A DNA stretch of 64,000 bases from Arsenophonus sp. (lineage in GTDB: Bacteria > Pseudomonadota > Gammaproteobacteria > Enterobacterales > Enterobacteriaceae): positions 1,227,651 through 1,291,650 of the forward strand of contig CP198939.1 in NCBI GenBank assembly GCA_052401645.1. The letters run 5' to 3'. Made by a program: the position numbers and the translations under genes. Shown one piece after another: positions 26,901 to 40,528 of the stretch. A model generated the notes under the pieces. The model saw only the letters and a program-made list of their open reading frames with translations. It had not been told where the DNA came from and searched no databases. Within the stretch, counting starts at the first letter, position 1. Each line of letters starts with the position of its first letter.

Positions 26901-27889
26901 GCTTTAGGTTTTGCACCGCGTCCTGTTGCACTTTCATCTCGTATTTCTCCTCCTGAACCAGTCGCGGCACCAGGGTATGGTGAAATAGCTGTTGGATGGT
27001 TATGAGTTTCTACTTTCATTAAAATATGAGTATTTTCATAATGATAATTATACTTACAAGTTTTTGGATCAGAAAAAAAACGACCTATATTAGATCCTTC
27101 CATCACAGCAGCGTTATCTTTGTACGCAGATAGAATATAGTCTGGTGTTTTATTATAAGTATTTTGTATCATTTCAAACAAAGAATTAGGTTGTAATTTA
27201 TTATCAATGATCCAATTGGCATTAAATATTTTATGTCGACAATGTTCTGAATTAGCTTGCGCAAACATATAAAGCTCAACATCAGTTGGATTTCGTTCTA
27301 ATGTTTGGAAAGTGTGCATCAAATAATCTATTTCATCTATAGTGAATGCTAACCCTAATTTAACATTCATCAATTCAAGTTCACTGCGACCATTTTTTAA
27401 TATTTCTATTGTTATCATAGGTGATGGTTTTTTATGCACAAACAGTAACTTTACCTGTTCAAAAGAATACCAAACATCTTCAATCATGCGATCATAAAAA
27501 ATAGTAGATAAATTACTAATTTGTGACGCATACAATGATGTAGGATAAATAATATAATAAGCAATTCCTCGCTCAATCCTGATTATATTATATAATCCAC
27601 AATTATGAATAATATCCATTGCCTTTGAAGACCAAGATGAAATAGTACCTAGTTTTGGAGTAACTAAAAGCAGTTGACCAACATGATTCTCTTCAGTTGC
27701 TGATTGATTGTAATGAAGTAATTGATTTAATTTTTGTTGATCATCATAATTTAATGGTTTATCTAATTCAGTAAAATATACATATTCAGAATAAATATTA
27801 ATAACCGGAATTTTTTTTTGTTTGCATAGCGAAAGAAGCTTAGTAATACGAAATGTTGATAAAGCAGGTAAACCACGCAAAATTTCCAT
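23996..27889 (-). CDS. purL: phosphoribosylformylglycinamidine synthase (large single-chain PurL)
   Basis: 1297 aa, against about 1295 aa in E. coli. It begins [19 protein letters not shown]. It contains [14 protein letters not shown], the C-terminal glutaminase Cys motif [10 protein letters not shown], and [10 protein letters not shown]. Confidence 0.97.
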   Translation of the reverse strand: MEILRGLPALSTFRITKLLSLCKQKKIPVINIYSEYVYFTELDKPLNYDDQQKLNQLLHYNQSATEENHVGQLLLVTPKLGTISSWSSKAMDIIHNCGLYNIIRIERGIAYYIIYPTSLYASQISNLSTIFYDRMIEDVWYSFEQVKLLFVHKKPSPMITIEILKNGRSELELMNVKLGLAFTIDEIDYLMHTFQTLERNPTDVELYMFAQANSEHCRHKIFNANWIIDNKLQPNSLFEMIQNTYNKTPDYILSAYKDNAAVMEGSNIGRFFSDPKTCKYNYHYENTHILMKVETHNHPTAISPYPGAATGSGGEIRDESATGRGAKPKAALIGFAVSNLCIPGFKQPWEKKFAKLNNIASALDIILDGPLGGATFNNEFGRATLLGYFRTYEEQVCSHNGVELRGYYKPIMLSGGIGNIRTEHIKKKNIPIGAKLIILGGPSMNIGLGGGIASSTISCNSDIDLDFSSVQRDNPEMERRCQEVIDQCWQLGNDNPILFIHDVGAGGLSNAIPELVNTVGRGALLELRQILSDKLSMNPREIWCNESQERYVLAILSKHLSLFKSICHRERAPYSIIGETTENKDIILNDSYFNNQPICMPIDILFSKVPKMIRNVTSKFAVGKPINREMITLKEAIKRILHLPVVAEKTFLITIADRSITGMVARDQMVSPWQIPVSDCAITTASLESYYGEAMSLGERSPIALLNHAASSRMAVGEALTNIAPAYVKDLKRVKLSANWMVASGHPGEDVGLYQAVKAIGEELCPELGLTIPVGKDSMSMKVTWNKGEQIYEMTSPLSIIITAFSRVEDVRLTVTPELKCNQDNMLLLIDIGQKNNALGGSALAQVYRQLGDLTPDIRNVKVLSGFFYAIQTLIKEQKLLAYHDRSDGGLFVTLAEMAFAGHCGLNIDISNYDTDIFAALFNEELGAVIQVKKKDKKTVEACLDKHGLTDCVLYIGMAIKEDAIIINNNGTEIYREKRSQLRLWWAETTWKIQRLRDNSECADQEHLAKQDINDPGLNVKLNFDPEDNIVASYIITNNSSPKVAILREQGVNSHIEMAAAFHQAGFNAIDVHMSDLLTGRIILADFQVLVACGGFSYGDVFGAGEGWAKSILFNSRLHDEFASFFACSNTLSLGICNGCQMMSNLKQLIPGTEYWPQFIRNRSECFEARFSLVKIMNSPSLFLKDMSGSQLPIVVSHGEGQVHVPSIRDLDLLEKNNLVVLRFVDNYGRVTQQYPANPNGSVNGITAVTNLDGRITIMMPHPERVFRTINHSWHPSEWGEYSPWMRIFRNARLQFI

Positions 27890-30800
27890 AGGAATAGATT
27901 CTCTTAATTCATAATATTAGTTTAAAAATATGTACAAAAAAAAGGAAAATAAGAAAATAGAAAAATTATTATATAAAATCATTAATTATTATGAAACTTA
28001 TTTGTATATAAAATTATATTCTTTTTTAAAAAATATGAATATATATTAAAATGAATCTAGTTAAAAAATTATTTTTATTAACTAGAATAATGTTTTTTAA
28101 AACAAGATATTATTTTTATCTAAATTAAAAAAATATGTTTATTTATTATAATATAATTGTTTGATAATATCATTATTAGTTAAATAATTATCCATTATTA
28201 TTTATATAACTTTTTTGTCTAATTTCAATTGATATTAAATAGAAAAGATAGCAAAAGAATAGCCGATTAAGAAATTATTTATAAACCTGAAAATCATCTA
28301 TGAATGTATTATTAATTCATCACTTATTTTTTTAATAATAAAAATATAAGCTAATTTTAATTATAAATTAACTAAATATTTTTAATTATTTTAATATGAA
28401 TCTACTTATTAATTTATATCAAATATTAATAAATCTCATTATATAACGAATGTTAAATAACAACTATGTTGGTACATTATTTTGAATAATAAAGATATAG
28501 AAATATATAGTTATTCTGCCTATCATGTTTTAACAATTATTAATTCTATTTTACAAAAAGATTAACAATCTACCTTTTTAAGTAATATAATAAATTTATT
28601 ATTAAAGCTAATTTAATTTAGAATAAAATAATACAATAGATTAAACAATTAAATTATACTTTGGTTTGAAGAAAATAGTTATTTTTTTTAAAAAATTTTT
28701 TTTATTTAATGTAGAAATATATTCATTGGAAATATTTATATACCTTTTTAATCTTATTTATTATCATGATTTTAATTAACAATTTAATACTAAAAGAAAA
28801 TTATACTTAATTTTAAGTACAGAAATAATATACTTTCTTAAAGATGGTAATGAAGAAGAAAATTTAAATAAGTTTATATAAAATATTTTGCTAAAATAAT
28901 AAATTTTATTATTATCAATAATAAAATTCTTATAATCGATAAATAATTGCTTAATAGATTGTTAAAGAAGATATAGATTATTTTATGCTTTATAAATAAT
29001 TTTTAATAAAATAATAACAAGGATTCATTTACTATATTTAAAGACAATATTATATGATTTATAATACTAACAGCATATATTGTATAAATTACAGAAATAT
29101 TAGATAGTTAAATCTAAATAAAAGTATTATATTAAAGTAAATATAAGTTATTTACAAAATTTAATTTTAAACATACCAATTACTATTTTATTATAAATAA
29201 TAATTTAATTGTATTATAATTTATAATATAAAGCTATAAAATATATACATTACTATTTAGTATTTTTGGAAAATTTATATAATTATTTTATAGAATATTT
29301 ATATAGTAACTGAATGAAATTCAATGGCATAAATATCAAAATATTTTTAAATGTAATAAAATTACATAAATTTATAACTAAAATAAAATATTTTATATAA
29401 TATCATTTGATAATCTTAATAAAGTATTTTGATTTTTTAAATTAATATTTAATGTTATATAAATTATTTTTATTTTAAAGTGATCTTATGCTATGCTAAT
29501 CTATATCAATATTACAAGAAGTTTGTTTAAAATGTTTTATTTATTTTAAAAATATTATTTAGCAATATTTATTTCGATAGAAAGTATTCTATTTTTATCA
29601 TTAATTTTTCATATAATTATCGTTATCTGTGCAGTTTTTTATTCTGTCTCTAAATTTATTTATTTTTTTCAAATCAGAAAATATTTATGTTTTACAAGAT
29701 GAAGTAAATATTTCTTATTTATAATAATAAAAAGATAGTTTTTTTATTTTTTTAAAAAAAATGATAATTTTATTTATGTACTATATATTTTATCAAGCGT
29801 TATTATTATTCAGTTTTTCTTGCTTATTTTTTTATATTTCATTTTATATTAAATTTCAACATTAATATAAATAAAATTTATATTTATTCAATTTATAATT
29901 ATAGCATTTAATGATTAAATCGTCTTTATAATCAATAAAATACTAATATTTTTTTACAATTAAAATTTTCTATTTATCTTTAATATACTTAATAAAATAT
30001 TAACTTATATTTTTTTTAACATATTAATTCACTATTCTATAGAAGAATAGTAAATATTATTATTAGTTATATTGATTTAGAAATAGGTGAAATTACTAAT
30101 CTATCATGATGATATTATCTAATAAATTATTTTATTAATTTCATACTAATAAATCTCTATAAATATCTTATTTTTAGCTATTATTTATATTTCTATAAAT
30201 AGAAAATTAAAGTATTATAAACTATGAATAATCAAAGCATTAATGTTTCTGTTTAATTCTATTTTATTATCTGAAAGTTCTATTATTAACATATTTAATT
30301 TTTAAAATAAATTTTTTATGATTTATAAAATAAAAATATAGATAATATATATATTTTATATTTAGTAGTTTAAAGATCTTTTAATGCCTGATGTAAAATA
30401 ATTTAATCATATACTCGTTACTTAATTTTTATGAAATAAATAATGGATAATTTAATTGTACATTAAATTAAGATTAGATAAGTTATATACATATTAAAAG
30501 ATCGATACAACTAAGTTATAAAATGCACTTGTAATTATAGACATTAAATCTAAATATTTTTTAAAAAAGATATTTATAAAAACAAATATGTATATCATAT
30601 AATATATAAGTTATTCTTAATAAATTAAAAATATTTTTAAATTATATTATAGTTATTTCAATTGATATAAATTTATCATTATATAAAACGTTAACTATAA
30701 TTATTAAATGTTAGTTAATTTATTTATACAAAATAAATTAACATATTAAAATATATAATCTATTATAATAGATACTTTTTATTTTTTAAAATTAGCAGTA

Positions 30801-30899
30801 AAAAATATAGTAAATAATCTAACGATATATCAGTAAGAATTATATAATACTTTTTATTTAGACTTAAAGTAATTTTGTTACACAAGATGTAAAATAGAT

Positions 30900-31403
30900 T
30901 CATTTTATCAATATAGTATCATATTTTTTATTTATTTTTTTTTGCGTACGAAGTTGTTTAAAAAAACAACTTAACATCATTGAACATTCATCGGCTAAAA
31001 CTCCTCCTAATACGAGAATACGATGATTTATATTATGATGATTAAATATATCGATAGATGAACCAGCAGCTCCTGTTTTTTTATCATAAGCACCATAAAC
31101 TAAACGATTAATTCTTGCATGAATCATGGCTCCAGCGCACATAATACAAGGTTCTAATGTTACATAAAGAGTTGTATTAAGTAATCTATAATTTTTAAAA
31201 AATTGTCCACCTGCTCGTAAAGCTAAAATCTCAGCATGAGCGCATGGATCATTATCTAAAATAAGATGATTGTAACCTTTAGCAATCAATTTATCTTTAT
31301 ATACCAACACCGCACTAATAGGAATTTCATCTTTTTCTTTTGATTTTTTTGCTAAAAAAATCGCTTTTCTAATCCAATAAATATCTTTTTCAATTTGTTC
31401 CAT
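30900..31403 (-). CDS. tadA: tRNA adenosine(34) deaminase
   Basis: 167 aa with the CDA-fold zinc motifs CAHAEILALR (HAE) and LEPCIMCAGAM (PCxxC). Collinear with E. coli TadA, including YRLLNTTLYVTLEPC. Confidence 0.9.
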   Translation of the reverse strand: MEQIEKDIYWIRKAIFLAKKSKEKDEIPISAVLVYKDKLIAKGYNHLILDNDPCAHAEILALRAGGQFFKNYRLLNTTLYVTLEPCIMCAGAMIHARINRLVYGAYDKKTGAAGSSIDIFNHHNINHRILVLGGVLADECSMMLSCFFKQLRTQKKINKKYDTILIK

Positions 31404-33050
31404 AAATAAAAACTAAAAAAAAATTAATTTATACGATGAAATAGTGATAATATAATATTATTTAAATATATTTAATGAGACTTAAAATCTAATAAATTAT
31501 TCTAATAAACAATCTATTATGTAAATAATATATATTATTAGTTAATATTTAACTTGTTTTTATTATATAAACTTTTAAATTTAAATAATAATCAATTAGA
31601 TGTTAATATTAAATTTAATAATAAAATTGATAAATAAAAAGATAAAATGATATTTTTATTTTAAATAAATAGTATTAATTACATTATTTTATAATAATTT
31701 TATTTTAATATTTATTAAATATAAATATAACTAATTTAATAAAAATGTTGAAATTTATTACAAATAATACCACTATTCTCTTTTTTTTACAAAAATAATT
31801 ATTAATTTTATAATTTGATTACTTATATGTCAATTTTTAACTTTATAACATAATCAAATTTTGATTTTTATCTTTTTTATTTTTTGCTTCATACATACAC
31901 AATAATAATATTTATTAAAATATAAATAAAATTTAATATTTTAAATACATCATAAATTTTTATCAAATAAAAGTAAGATAGGAAAATTTTCTAATTTAAT
32001 TACATGAAAATTATTCTTAATTAAATAAAATTTTTGCAGTATTTGAATCTCATATCTTATGAGAGTTGATAAAATAGTAAATGGAGAATTATTATAGATA
32101 TTTATAGATTTCAATATAAAATATATTATTTGGTATATACTATTAATTAAGATCTTATCGAATTTATTATATTTTACTTTATATAAATAATACTATTATT
32201 TATATAATTATTTTTAACATAAAAAATTAAATTAACTTAAAAAATTTATTTTGTTATAAACTCTAAACTCTACTATTTATTAAAACTCAAATTATAACAT
32301 GTTAATATCAATAAAAATATTAATTACTGAAATGATAGTGAAATCTCATCTTTTTTATAAAAAAATAAATTATTTTAATAATATAATTAACAATACTAAT
32401 AAATTTTTATATAATGCTTAACTAAGCAATTAAACTTATATTAACTATTTTTTATTAAATTAATTAAAAATCAACTTTTATATTTTTATTAAAAAGAATT
32501 ATTTATATGAGATTTTTTTTACTAAAATATAAATAAAAGTTATATTTTTAATATATATAACCTTAACCCACGTAAATTAAAGAAAAAAATCTGCTGATTT
32601 TATTAGCATCTTATTAAAATATTTGTTTCTGATAATTAGGATTAACTTAACATGCTAAAAAAGAAATTTAAAAATAAACAAAAAATGCCTTAAGATAATT
32701 TTATTGCTAAAATTATTTTCCATATAATAAATATATTAAAATAAATATTTATATGTTTATGAATTAAATAAAAGGTTAATTATTTATCAATACACATTAT
32801 CATTAAAAAATTCTTAATCATTAATAAAATAATATGGTCTTTAATATTACTAAAATTATTGTAAAAGTATCACTAAAAACAATATAGAAAAATAAAAGAC
32901 TGTTTTTATAAATGATAGGATTTATTTTTCAAAAAAATAATAAATATAGAAATGTTTTATAAAACAATATATATTCGTATTAAAAACTTATATTTATATA
33001 TTAATTAGAATGATAAATCATATCATATGTAAATGAATGACAAAAAGAAC

Positions 33051-33080
33051 AATTATGATTTTTTATAAAAAATCATAATT
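33051..33080. repeat. perfect 30-nt palindrome (15-bp arms)
   Basis: aattatgatttttta|taaaaaatcataatt, checked base by base. Confidence 0.9.
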
Positions 33081-33760
33081 AAATATTGAAATTCCTAATT
33101 AATATAATAAAATTAGTTTTGTTTCACAAATTAATATATGATAAAATATAACTGTATATTAATTTTAAAATAATCAATATCTTATTTAAGATAAATTTTT
33201 ATATATTTTTAATATTAATTCAATAAAAATATAGCATAATTCATGAATTATAGATAATTATAAAAATACTATTTTTAGTATATAAAATAAATAAAAAAAT
33301 TTCATTCTATATATAAATTATAAAATAATAATATAAATTAAACTTAAACTACTAACAAAATATTAATAAATGTTTAGCAATAATTAATAAATATAAATGA
33401 CAATATACTTTAGTTATAATCTTTATCTCTTAAATAAAGTTATTAATTAATTTTATAATGTAATATAAAACTCTAGATATAATGATTGATAATTTTAGAA
33501 TTATAAATTATTATTAATTATTATTAATTATAATTTAAGAATAAATATTTTACTTTTCAAAGTTAATTTTATATTTAAAATTTATTTATAAATACTTAAG
33601 TGTTTATAATACGATTATATTATAGTCAAAATATTAGTATTATTATACTGATAAATCATTTTTAAATATAAAAAATAAACTATATTTATTTTTTAATTTA
33701 AAAATGATTAATAAATATTTTTTACTTAATGGTTTATAAGATATTAAGATAAAATTCAAA

Positions 33761-34018
33761 ATGTCATTATTAATTATTCATTCTTGTATCAACTGTGATA
33801 TGTGTGAACCAGAATGTCCAAATGAAGCAATTTCAATTGGAACAGAGTTTTATAAAATTAATAAAAATCTTTGTACTGAATGTATTGGTCATTATGATAA
33901 ACCAACATGTCAATCCGTTTGTCCAATAAAAAATACAATTATTAAGGATCCTGATAATTTGGAAACAAAAGAACAATTATGGAATAAGTTTCTTTTAATG
34001 TATAATGTTGATAAATAG
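33761..34018 (+). CDS. yfhL: small 2x[4Fe-4S] ferredoxin YfhL
   Basis: 85 aa. The Cys clusters CINCDMCEPECP and CTECIGH...CQSVCP, plus ...EQLWNKF..., match my memory of E. coli YfhL (86 aa). The position next to acpS is also conserved. Confidence 0.85.
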   Translation: MSLLIIHSCINCDMCEPECPNEAISIGTEFYKINKNLCTECIGHYDKPTCQSVCPIKNTIIKDPDNLETKEQLWNKFLLMYNVDK

Positions 34019-34405
34019 TTAACTTTCCATAATCACCGCAGCAAAAGCATACTTTTGTTCATCAGATAATGATATATGAATATATTTTACACCTAATAAA
34101 TCAGAAAATATTTTTGCCTGTCCCAATAAATTAAGTTTTGGTTTACCAAGTTCATCATTAAAAACTTCAAACTGATTAAGCGCTAAACCATTTCTGATCC
34201 CAGTTCCCAAAGCTTTTGACGCTGCTTCTTTAACAGCAAATCTCTTAGCTAAAAAATATACTGGCATAGAATGATTCTTATACTGTTGCCATTCTTGAAT
34301 AGATAATACACGCTTTGCTAAATGTTCTTCTAAACGTTCGATAATATGTTTAATTCTTGAAATTTCAACAAGATCGATACCAAAACCAATAATAGTCATT
34401 AACAA
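34019..34405 (-). CDS. acpS: holo-[acyl-carrier-protein] synthase
   Basis: 128 aa with [51 protein letters not shown]. Collinear with E. coli AcpS (126 aa). It overlaps the pdxJ stop by 7 nt, and its own stop codon directly abuts the yfhL stop. Confidence 0.92.
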   Translation of the reverse strand: MLMTIIGFGIDLVEISRIKHIIERLEEHLAKRVLSIQEWQQYKNHSMPVYFLAKRFAVKEAASKALGTGIRNGLALNQFEVFNDELGKPKLNLLGQAKIFSDLLGVKYIHISLSDEQKYAFAAVIMES

Positions 34406-35130
34406 CGCACATCATGAAAAATTTTTTTCATATCACTTACTGCGTTCGCCATTCCAGTAAAAAGTGCCCGTCCAATAATAGAATGACCAATATTAAGTTC
34501 ATATATATCTGTCAATTTTGCAATACGCTTAACATTATGGTAAGTTAATCCGTGACCTGCATTTACTTTTATTTTTTTTGCAGTTGCATAACTTACAGCT
34601 TTTTTAATACGTTCAAACTCTTTTGTTTGTTCTAACTCGACCTTAGCGTTAGCATAAGCACCAGTATGAATCTCAATAAATGGTGCACCAATTTCAGCTA
34701 TTGCATCAATTTGCTTATCTTCTGGATCAACGAACAAAGAAACTATAATACCTGCTTTAGTTAATCGTTTTACAGCTATCGAGATTATCTGTTGCTGACC
34801 AACAACATCAAGACCACCTTCAGTCGTAATTTCTTCACGTCGCTCAGGTACTAAACAACAAAATTGTGGTTTTACTTTACAGGCAAATTCAATCATTTCA
34901 TTCGTTATAGCCATCTCCAAATTCATACGAGTTTGTAGTGTTTCCTTCAGTAACTTAACATCGCGATTAGTAATATGACGACGATCTTCACGTAAATGAA
35001 CAGTAATTCCATCTGCACCAGCCTGTTCTGCAATAAATACAGCTTGTATGGGATCAGGATATTGTGTTCCTCGTACATTACGTAATGTTGCAATGTGATC
35101 AATATTAACACCTAATAATAACTCTGCCAT
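34399..35130 (-). CDS. pdxJ: pyridoxine 5'-phosphate synthase
   Basis: 243 aa, the same length as E. coli PdxJ. Contains [40 protein letters not shown] and [12 protein letters not shown]. Confidence 0.96.
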   Translation of the reverse strand: MAELLLGVNIDHIATLRNVRGTQYPDPIQAVFIAEQAGADGITVHLREDRRHITNRDVKLLKETLQTRMNLEMAITNEMIEFACKVKPQFCCLVPERREEITTEGGLDVVGQQQIISIAVKRLTKAGIIVSLFVDPEDKQIDAIAEIGAPFIEIHTGAYANAKVELEQTKEFERIKKAVSYATAKKIKVNAGHGLTYHNVKRIAKLTDIYELNIGHSIIGRALFTGMANAVSDMKKIFHDVRC

Positions 35131-35971
35131 ATATAACTCCTGTTATATAATTCATAATTTTAATTTATTTTATTACTTTAATTATATAATAATTATGAAG
35201 TAGTTAATAAGCTATATACAATCCATTTAAAAAATATTTTTACTAAAAACTTTTGATATTATCAATATATTTCATTAATCAAACTCAAATTTAATAGATG
35301 TAAAAGATTTAGTTTTCCATACGTATTAATATATTAGAAAATTTATAATAAATAAATCATTTAATGTATTTCTAATAAAACTCTAAAGTTATTATCAACA
35401 AGATTATTATAATAAAATTATCTCATTTTTGATAGTGTTAAGTCTATTTTATTTATTATTTAATCATTTCTTATAAACAGTATGTAAATCAATAAAAAAT
35501 CTAAAATTAAACAAAAAATAATTTAAATCAGAATAAATAAATATTTACAAATTATATTTTACTATTAGCAAATAGATTTTCATATAACCAAATACATAAT
35601 TTTCTTTTAAGAAATAAAGTTTGATATTTTTAACTAAAAATTGAATAAATAAATTTATTGATAAGAAAATCATTGTAAAGTATTTCAGAAATAAAAAAAT
35701 AATATTGAAAATGTATGTCACTTAAAGTAACATTTTCACTTTCTTCTATATAATTCCAAAAACTGAATTATTCAATAATAATTTAAAATTATAAATAAAT
35801 CTATAAATTAAATCAACAATTATAAAAACTTTGTCAAATATGTTAATACAAGTTTTATTTTACTAAATATGTTTTAAAAAATTATTTTACTATAAATGAA
35901 AAATAGAATACAAATGTATGTATGTTACTAATAATATGTATATAGAAAATAATATTTAAAAAAATTATTCG
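35131..35971 (-). pseudogene. recO: ORF-free 841-bp spacer at the position of recO (inferred eroded gene remnant)
   Basis: The evidence is positional only. In E. coli and its relatives the order is pdxJ-recO-era with very short spacers, and recO is ~0.73 kb. Here the slot is 841 bp of ~12% G+C with stops in every frame. I could see no residual protein similarity by eye. Confidence 0.35.
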
Positions 35972-36865
35972 CTAATGTGGAAAACTTTGTAATAAAAATT
36001 TATCATCAACTAATCTATCATTAACTTTTACCCAAAGCTTAAGATTAACTTTAGTAGAAAAAAAAATTTCCATATCTATTCTAGCCTCAATACCAATTTT
36101 TTTAATTTTATTAGCTTTCTTGCCAATAACTATTTTTTTTTGCCCATTTCTTTTAACTAAAATTAATACATTAATATTATAAACACCAAGTTTATTTATT
36201 ATAAATTGTTCAATTACTATTTTGATTGAATATGGTAGTTCATCCCCAAGAAAACGCATTAATTTCTCGCGAATAATTTCAGAAGCCATAAAATTCTTAG
36301 AACAATTTGTAATATAATTTGATGGAAAATAATGTATAGATTCTGGTATATGTTTTTGAACAACTTTAATAATTATATCAATATTAATATTTTTTTTTGC
36401 ACTAATTGGTATAATATATAAAAAATTCATTTCTTTGCTGAGAAATTCAATATATGGTAATAAACTGCTCTTATCTATTATATTATCAATTTTATTGATC
36501 GCTAATAATATTGGGCATGACAAATGGCGTAGTTGATTCATAATAATATTATCATCAATACTCCAATGTGTACTATCAACAACAAAAATAATTAATTCTA
36601 CATCATCAATCAAGGTATTTGATGTCTGTTTTATTAAATGATTTATTGCTCGATTTTTTTCTATATGTAATCCTGGTGTATCGATATAAATTATTTGATA
36701 ATTTTCTTTTGTATTAATTCCCATAATAAGTTGACGAGTTGTCTTTGGTTTACATGAGGTAATAGAAACTTTCTGTCCAAGTAATTTATTCAATAATGTT
36801 GATTTACCAACATTGGTTTTTCCTACAATGGCTACAAATCCACAATAGATTTTATGGTTATTCAT
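35972..36865 (-). CDS. era: GTPase Era
   Basis: 297 aa. G1 [13 protein letters not shown]3 DTPG, G4 NKID, and a C-terminal KH-like region. The start overlaps the rnc stop by 4 nt, as is typical of the rnc-era operon. Confidence 0.94.
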   Translation of the reverse strand: MNNHKIYCGFVAIVGKTNVGKSTLLNKLLGQKVSITSCKPKTTRQLIMGINTKENYQIIYIDTPGLHIEKNRAINHLIKQTSNTLIDDVELIIFVVDSTHWSIDDNIIMNQLRHLSCPILLAINKIDNIIDKSSLLPYIEFLSKEMNFLYIIPISAKKNINIDIIIKVVQKHIPESIHYFPSNYITNCSKNFMASEIIREKLMRFLGDELPYSIKIVIEQFIINKLGVYNINVLILVKRNGQKKIVIGKKANKIKKIGIEARIDMEIFFSTKVNLKLWVKVNDRLVDDKFLLQSFPH

Positions 36866-37566
36866 TCAAGCTCCAATATTTTTAATACCTGTTCAGCTGC
36901 TGCTTGTTCGGCTTTACGCCGATTTGAACCAACTCCTTCAACAGGTCTATTTATTCCACTAACCTTGCAATGAATAGTAAATTCCTGATTATGTGCTTCA
37001 CCTCTAACTTGAATAACAAAATAATTAGGTAGAGGTAAATAACTACCTTGTAAATACTCTTGTAATCGTGTTTTAGGATCTTTTTGATTACAATCAGGTC
37101 TCACTTCTATCAATCTATTGTAATACCAAATCAAAACAATTCGCTCAATAGTTTGAATATTACTATCTAAGAAAATACTGCTAATTAAAGCTTCAATAGT
37201 ATTTGCCAATATTGATTCTCGATGAGAACCGCCACTTTTTAACTCACCAGGTCCTAAACACAAACATTCTCCAAGATCAAATTCTCTTGCAAGCTCAACT
37301 AATGTATTACCTTTTACCAATGTCGCCCTCATGCGACTCATGTCTCCTTCATCAATTTTAGGAAAGCGATGATAGAGATCATTAGAAATCACAAAACTAA
37401 GAATTGAATCACCTAAAAACTCTAATCTTTCATTATGATTATTACTGGCGCTTCTATGAGTTAATGCTTGCTTTAAGAATTCAATTTGTTTAAAAGTATA
37501 ACCAAGCTTAATCTGTAGCTGTTTAATTTCTTGTCGTTCCGACCACTCAATCAAAGAAGAATTCAT
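36862..37566 (-). CDS. rnc: ribonuclease III
   Basis: RNase III signature [13 protein letters not shown], then [16 protein letters not shown], then the dsRBD tail [22 protein letters not shown]. Collinear with E. coli Rnc. Confidence 0.96.
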   Translation of the reverse strand: MNSSLIEWSERQEIKQLQIKLGYTFKQIEFLKQALTHRSASNNHNERLEFLGDSILSFVISNDLYHRFPKIDEGDMSRMRATLVKGNTLVELAREFDLGECLCLGPGELKSGGSHRESILANTIEALISSIFLDSNIQTIERIVLIWYYNRLIEVRPDCNQKDPKTRLQEYLQGSYLPLPNYFVIQVRGEAHNQEFTIHCKVSGINRPVEGVGSNRRKAEQAAAEQVLKILELE

Positions 37567-37731
37567 GTGCTATCAATTATTTAATTAGTAGATTATAAAG
37601 ATATTACATTTATAGTAATTATTGATATTAATCAATAAATCAATTATTTTTTGATGATCGTAATATATTATATATTAATTCTATATAAAATTAATTTTGC
37701 ATCGATGATTGATTTATCTTATTATATTTTA

Positions 37732-38703
37732 TTAATTGATTACACCAATTCGACTTAAACGTATCCCAGTTGGCCATTCATCCTCGTGCTTATCAAGGCT
37801 AAACCAAATCATAATTGCACGTCCAACTAAATTTTCTTCTGGTACAAAACCCCACAAACGACTATCTGCACTATTATCCCTATTGTCTCCCATCATAAAA
37901 TAGTGCTTAGATGGAACAATCCATTCATTATTTGGCAAACCGAATTGTTGATAATGTGATTGAGTATATATTTGTGGAATAACTAGAATCTCATGCTTTA
38001 TACTATCTAATTCTTCTATCCTCTCTCCTTGACGCAATGCATTACCTGGAACTGATTTATCTAATGGAATTTGGTAACTACCTTTTTGACTATTTACTAT
38101 AGAATCAATATTAAAAAATAAAGTCCACTCACTTTCTTTTAATGAAGAATATATAATTGGTAATATTAGAGCGCTATTTGAAATTGAATAATTCGGGTAT
38201 ATACGTAGTTCTTTTTCTTGAGGATCATAAATTATCTTGTCACCTGGTATACCAATAATCCGTTTAACAAAATCAATACTAGGATCTTTAGGATATTTAA
38301 ATACTGCAATATCACCACGTTTAGGTTTTCCTGTTTCTAACAATGTTTTTTGTATAATAGGATCTCTTAATCTATAAGCAAACTTTTCTACTAGAATAAA
38401 GTCACCAACTAGCAAAGTAGGCATCATTGAACCTGACGGGATTTGAAATGGCTCATAAATAAATGATCGTATTACTAATACAATCGCTAATATTGGAAAA
38501 ATAGATGAAATGGTATCAACCAATGGTTGTTTATAAAAATTTTTAGTTAAATTCATTTGCTCTACAACATTTTTTTCAGTAATCTGTTGTTGTAAAACTA
38601 TTTTTTTTTTATAAAAAAATGCTAATTTAAAACGATCAATAACCCAGATAACCCCTGAAATCAAGGTTGCTATCGTCAATATCAAAGAAAAAGTATTAGC
38701 CAT
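37732..38703 (-). CDS. lepB: signal peptidase I
   Basis: 323 aa (E. coli 324). SPase I boxes are present: PSGSMMPTL (Ser nucleophile), FVKRIIGIPGD (general-base Lys) and GDNRDNSADSR. Confidence 0.94.
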   Translation of the reverse strand: MANTFSLILTIATLISGVIWVIDRFKLAFFYKKKIVLQQQITEKNVVEQMNLTKNFYKQPLVDTISSIFPILAIVLVIRSFIYEPFQIPSGSMMPTLLVGDFILVEKFAYRLRDPIIQKTLLETGKPKRGDIAVFKYPKDPSIDFVKRIIGIPGDKIIYDPQEKELRIYPNYSISNSALILPIIYSSLKESEWTLFFNIDSIVNSQKGSYQIPLDKSVPGNALRQGERIEELDSIKHEILVIPQIYTQSHYQQFGLPNNEWIVPSKHYFMMGDNRDNSADSRLWGFVPEENLVGRAIMIWFSLDKHEDEWPTGIRLSRIGVIN

Positions 38704-38716
38704 TATTACTACTTCC

Positions 38717-40528
38717 TTATAATGGTTGGTTATCTTTACTTATATGAAAGATAGCAAAAAATGCTTCTTGTGGTATTTGAACATTACCAATTTGTTTCAT
38801 TCTTTTCTTACCTTCTTTTTGCTTCTTTAGTAATTTTTTCTTACGGCTAATATCACCACCATAGCATTTAGATAATACATTTTTACGCAATTGCTTTATT
38901 ATTGTACGTGCTATAATATGATTATCTATTGCAGCTTGTATTACAATATCAAATTGTTGTCTATGAATAAATTCTTTAATTTTATCTATTAACTTACGTC
39001 CACGATATATTGCATTTGCACGATGAGTAATAAATGCTAAAGAATCTACTATTTCGCCATTAATTAATACATCTACACGTACCATATCAGATATCTGGAA
39101 ACGGAGAAAGACATATTCTAATGACGCATATCCATGAGAAATAGATTTTAATCTATTAAAAAAATCTAAAACAATTTCAACCATTGGAATTTCATAAGTT
39201 AATGCAACTTGTTTTCCATAATAAATAATATTAGTTTGAATACCTCGTTTTTCTATACAAAGAGTAATAACATTTCCGATATATTCCTTAGGCACTAAAA
39301 TATTGCATTTTGCAATTGGTTCGCGTAATTCGTTTATTTTACTAAACATAGATAATTTATATGGATTATCAATATATATAATATCATTGTTTATTAACTT
39401 AACTTCATAAATAACTGTAGGTGCAGTTGTAATAATATCTAAATTATATTCACGCTCTAATCGTTCCTGGATTATCTCCATATGAAGTAGACCAAGGAAT
39501 CCACATCTAAATCCAAAACCTAATACAGCTGAACTCTCTGGTTCATAAAATAACGAAGCATCGTTTAAACTCAATTTACCTAAAGCATCACGAAATATTT
39601 TATATTGATTTGGTATAATTGGAAATAAACCAGCATAAACCTGTGGTTTTACTTTTTTAAATCCGTCTAATGCTTTTTTAGCAGAATGATTAGCTAAAGT
39701 TAAAGTATCACCAACAAGTGCTCCATGAATATTTTTTATTCCACATGCAAGCCAACCAATTTCACCACAATTTAGTTGTTGACGATTAATTCTTTTTGGT
39801 GTAAAAATACCTAAATGGTTAACATTATAAAGTTGATTTGAGTTTATCACTTTAATTCTATCTCCTTTACAAAGAGTACCATTTTTAATACGTACTAAAG
39901 AAATAACTCCTAAGTAATTATCAAACCACGAATCTATAATCAATGCTTGCAAAGGAGCTTTTGGATCACCTTTTGGTGGCGGAATTTCTTTAATTAAACA
40001 CTCAATTACATTATGTATCCCTAATCCAGTTTTTGCAGAACAATGAATAGCATTATAAGCATTTATTCCAATAATATCTTCAATCTCTTTAGCTATCAGA
40101 TTAGGACGTGCAGAAGGTAAATCAATTTTATTAAGAACAGTAATAATTTTTAAATTCATTTCAATAGCGACATGATAATTAGCAATTGTTTGTGCTTCCA
40201 CACCCTGCCCAGCATCAACAATCAATAATGCACCTTCACAAGCAGATAATGAACGAGATACTTCATAATAAAAATCAACATGACCTGGAGTATCAATAAA
40301 ATTAAGTTGATAAGTTTTACCATTTATTGCTTTATAGTTAAGGGTAACACTTTGAGCTTTTATTGTAATTCCTCGTTCGCGCTCTAAATCCATAGAATCT
40401 AATACTTGATCTACCATTTCACGTTTAGAAAGACCATTACAGATCTGAATAATACGATCTGATAAAGTAGATTTACCATGATCAATATGTGCGATGATAG
40501 AAAAATTTCTTATATGTTTAATTTTCAA
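38717..40528 (-). CDS. lepA: elongation factor 4 (LepA)
   Basis: 603 aa. Contains [33 protein letters not shown] and NKIDLP. It lies 13 nt upstream of lepB, as in the lepAB operon. Confidence 0.97.
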   Translation of the reverse strand: MKIKHIRNFSIIAHIDHGKSTLSDRIIQICNGLSKREMVDQVLDSMDLERERGITIKAQSVTLNYKAINGKTYQLNFIDTPGHVDFYYEVSRSLSACEGALLIVDAGQGVEAQTIANYHVAIEMNLKIITVLNKIDLPSARPNLIAKEIEDIIGINAYNAIHCSAKTGLGIHNVIECLIKEIPPPKGDPKAPLQALIIDSWFDNYLGVISLVRIKNGTLCKGDRIKVINSNQLYNVNHLGIFTPKRINRQQLNCGEIGWLACGIKNIHGALVGDTLTLANHSAKKALDGFKKVKPQVYAGLFPIIPNQYKIFRDALGKLSLNDASLFYEPESSAVLGFGFRCGFLGLLHMEIIQERLEREYNLDIITTAPTVIYEVKLINNDIIYIDNPYKLSMFSKINELREPIAKCNILVPKEYIGNVITLCIEKRGIQTNIIYYGKQVALTYEIPMVEIVLDFFNRLKSISHGYASLEYVFLRFQISDMVRVDVLINGEIVDSLAFITHRANAIYRGRKLIDKIKEFIHRQQFDIVIQAAIDNHIIARTIIKQLRKNVLSKCYGGDISRKKKLLKKQKEGKKRMKQIGNVQIPQEAFFAIFHISKDNQPL

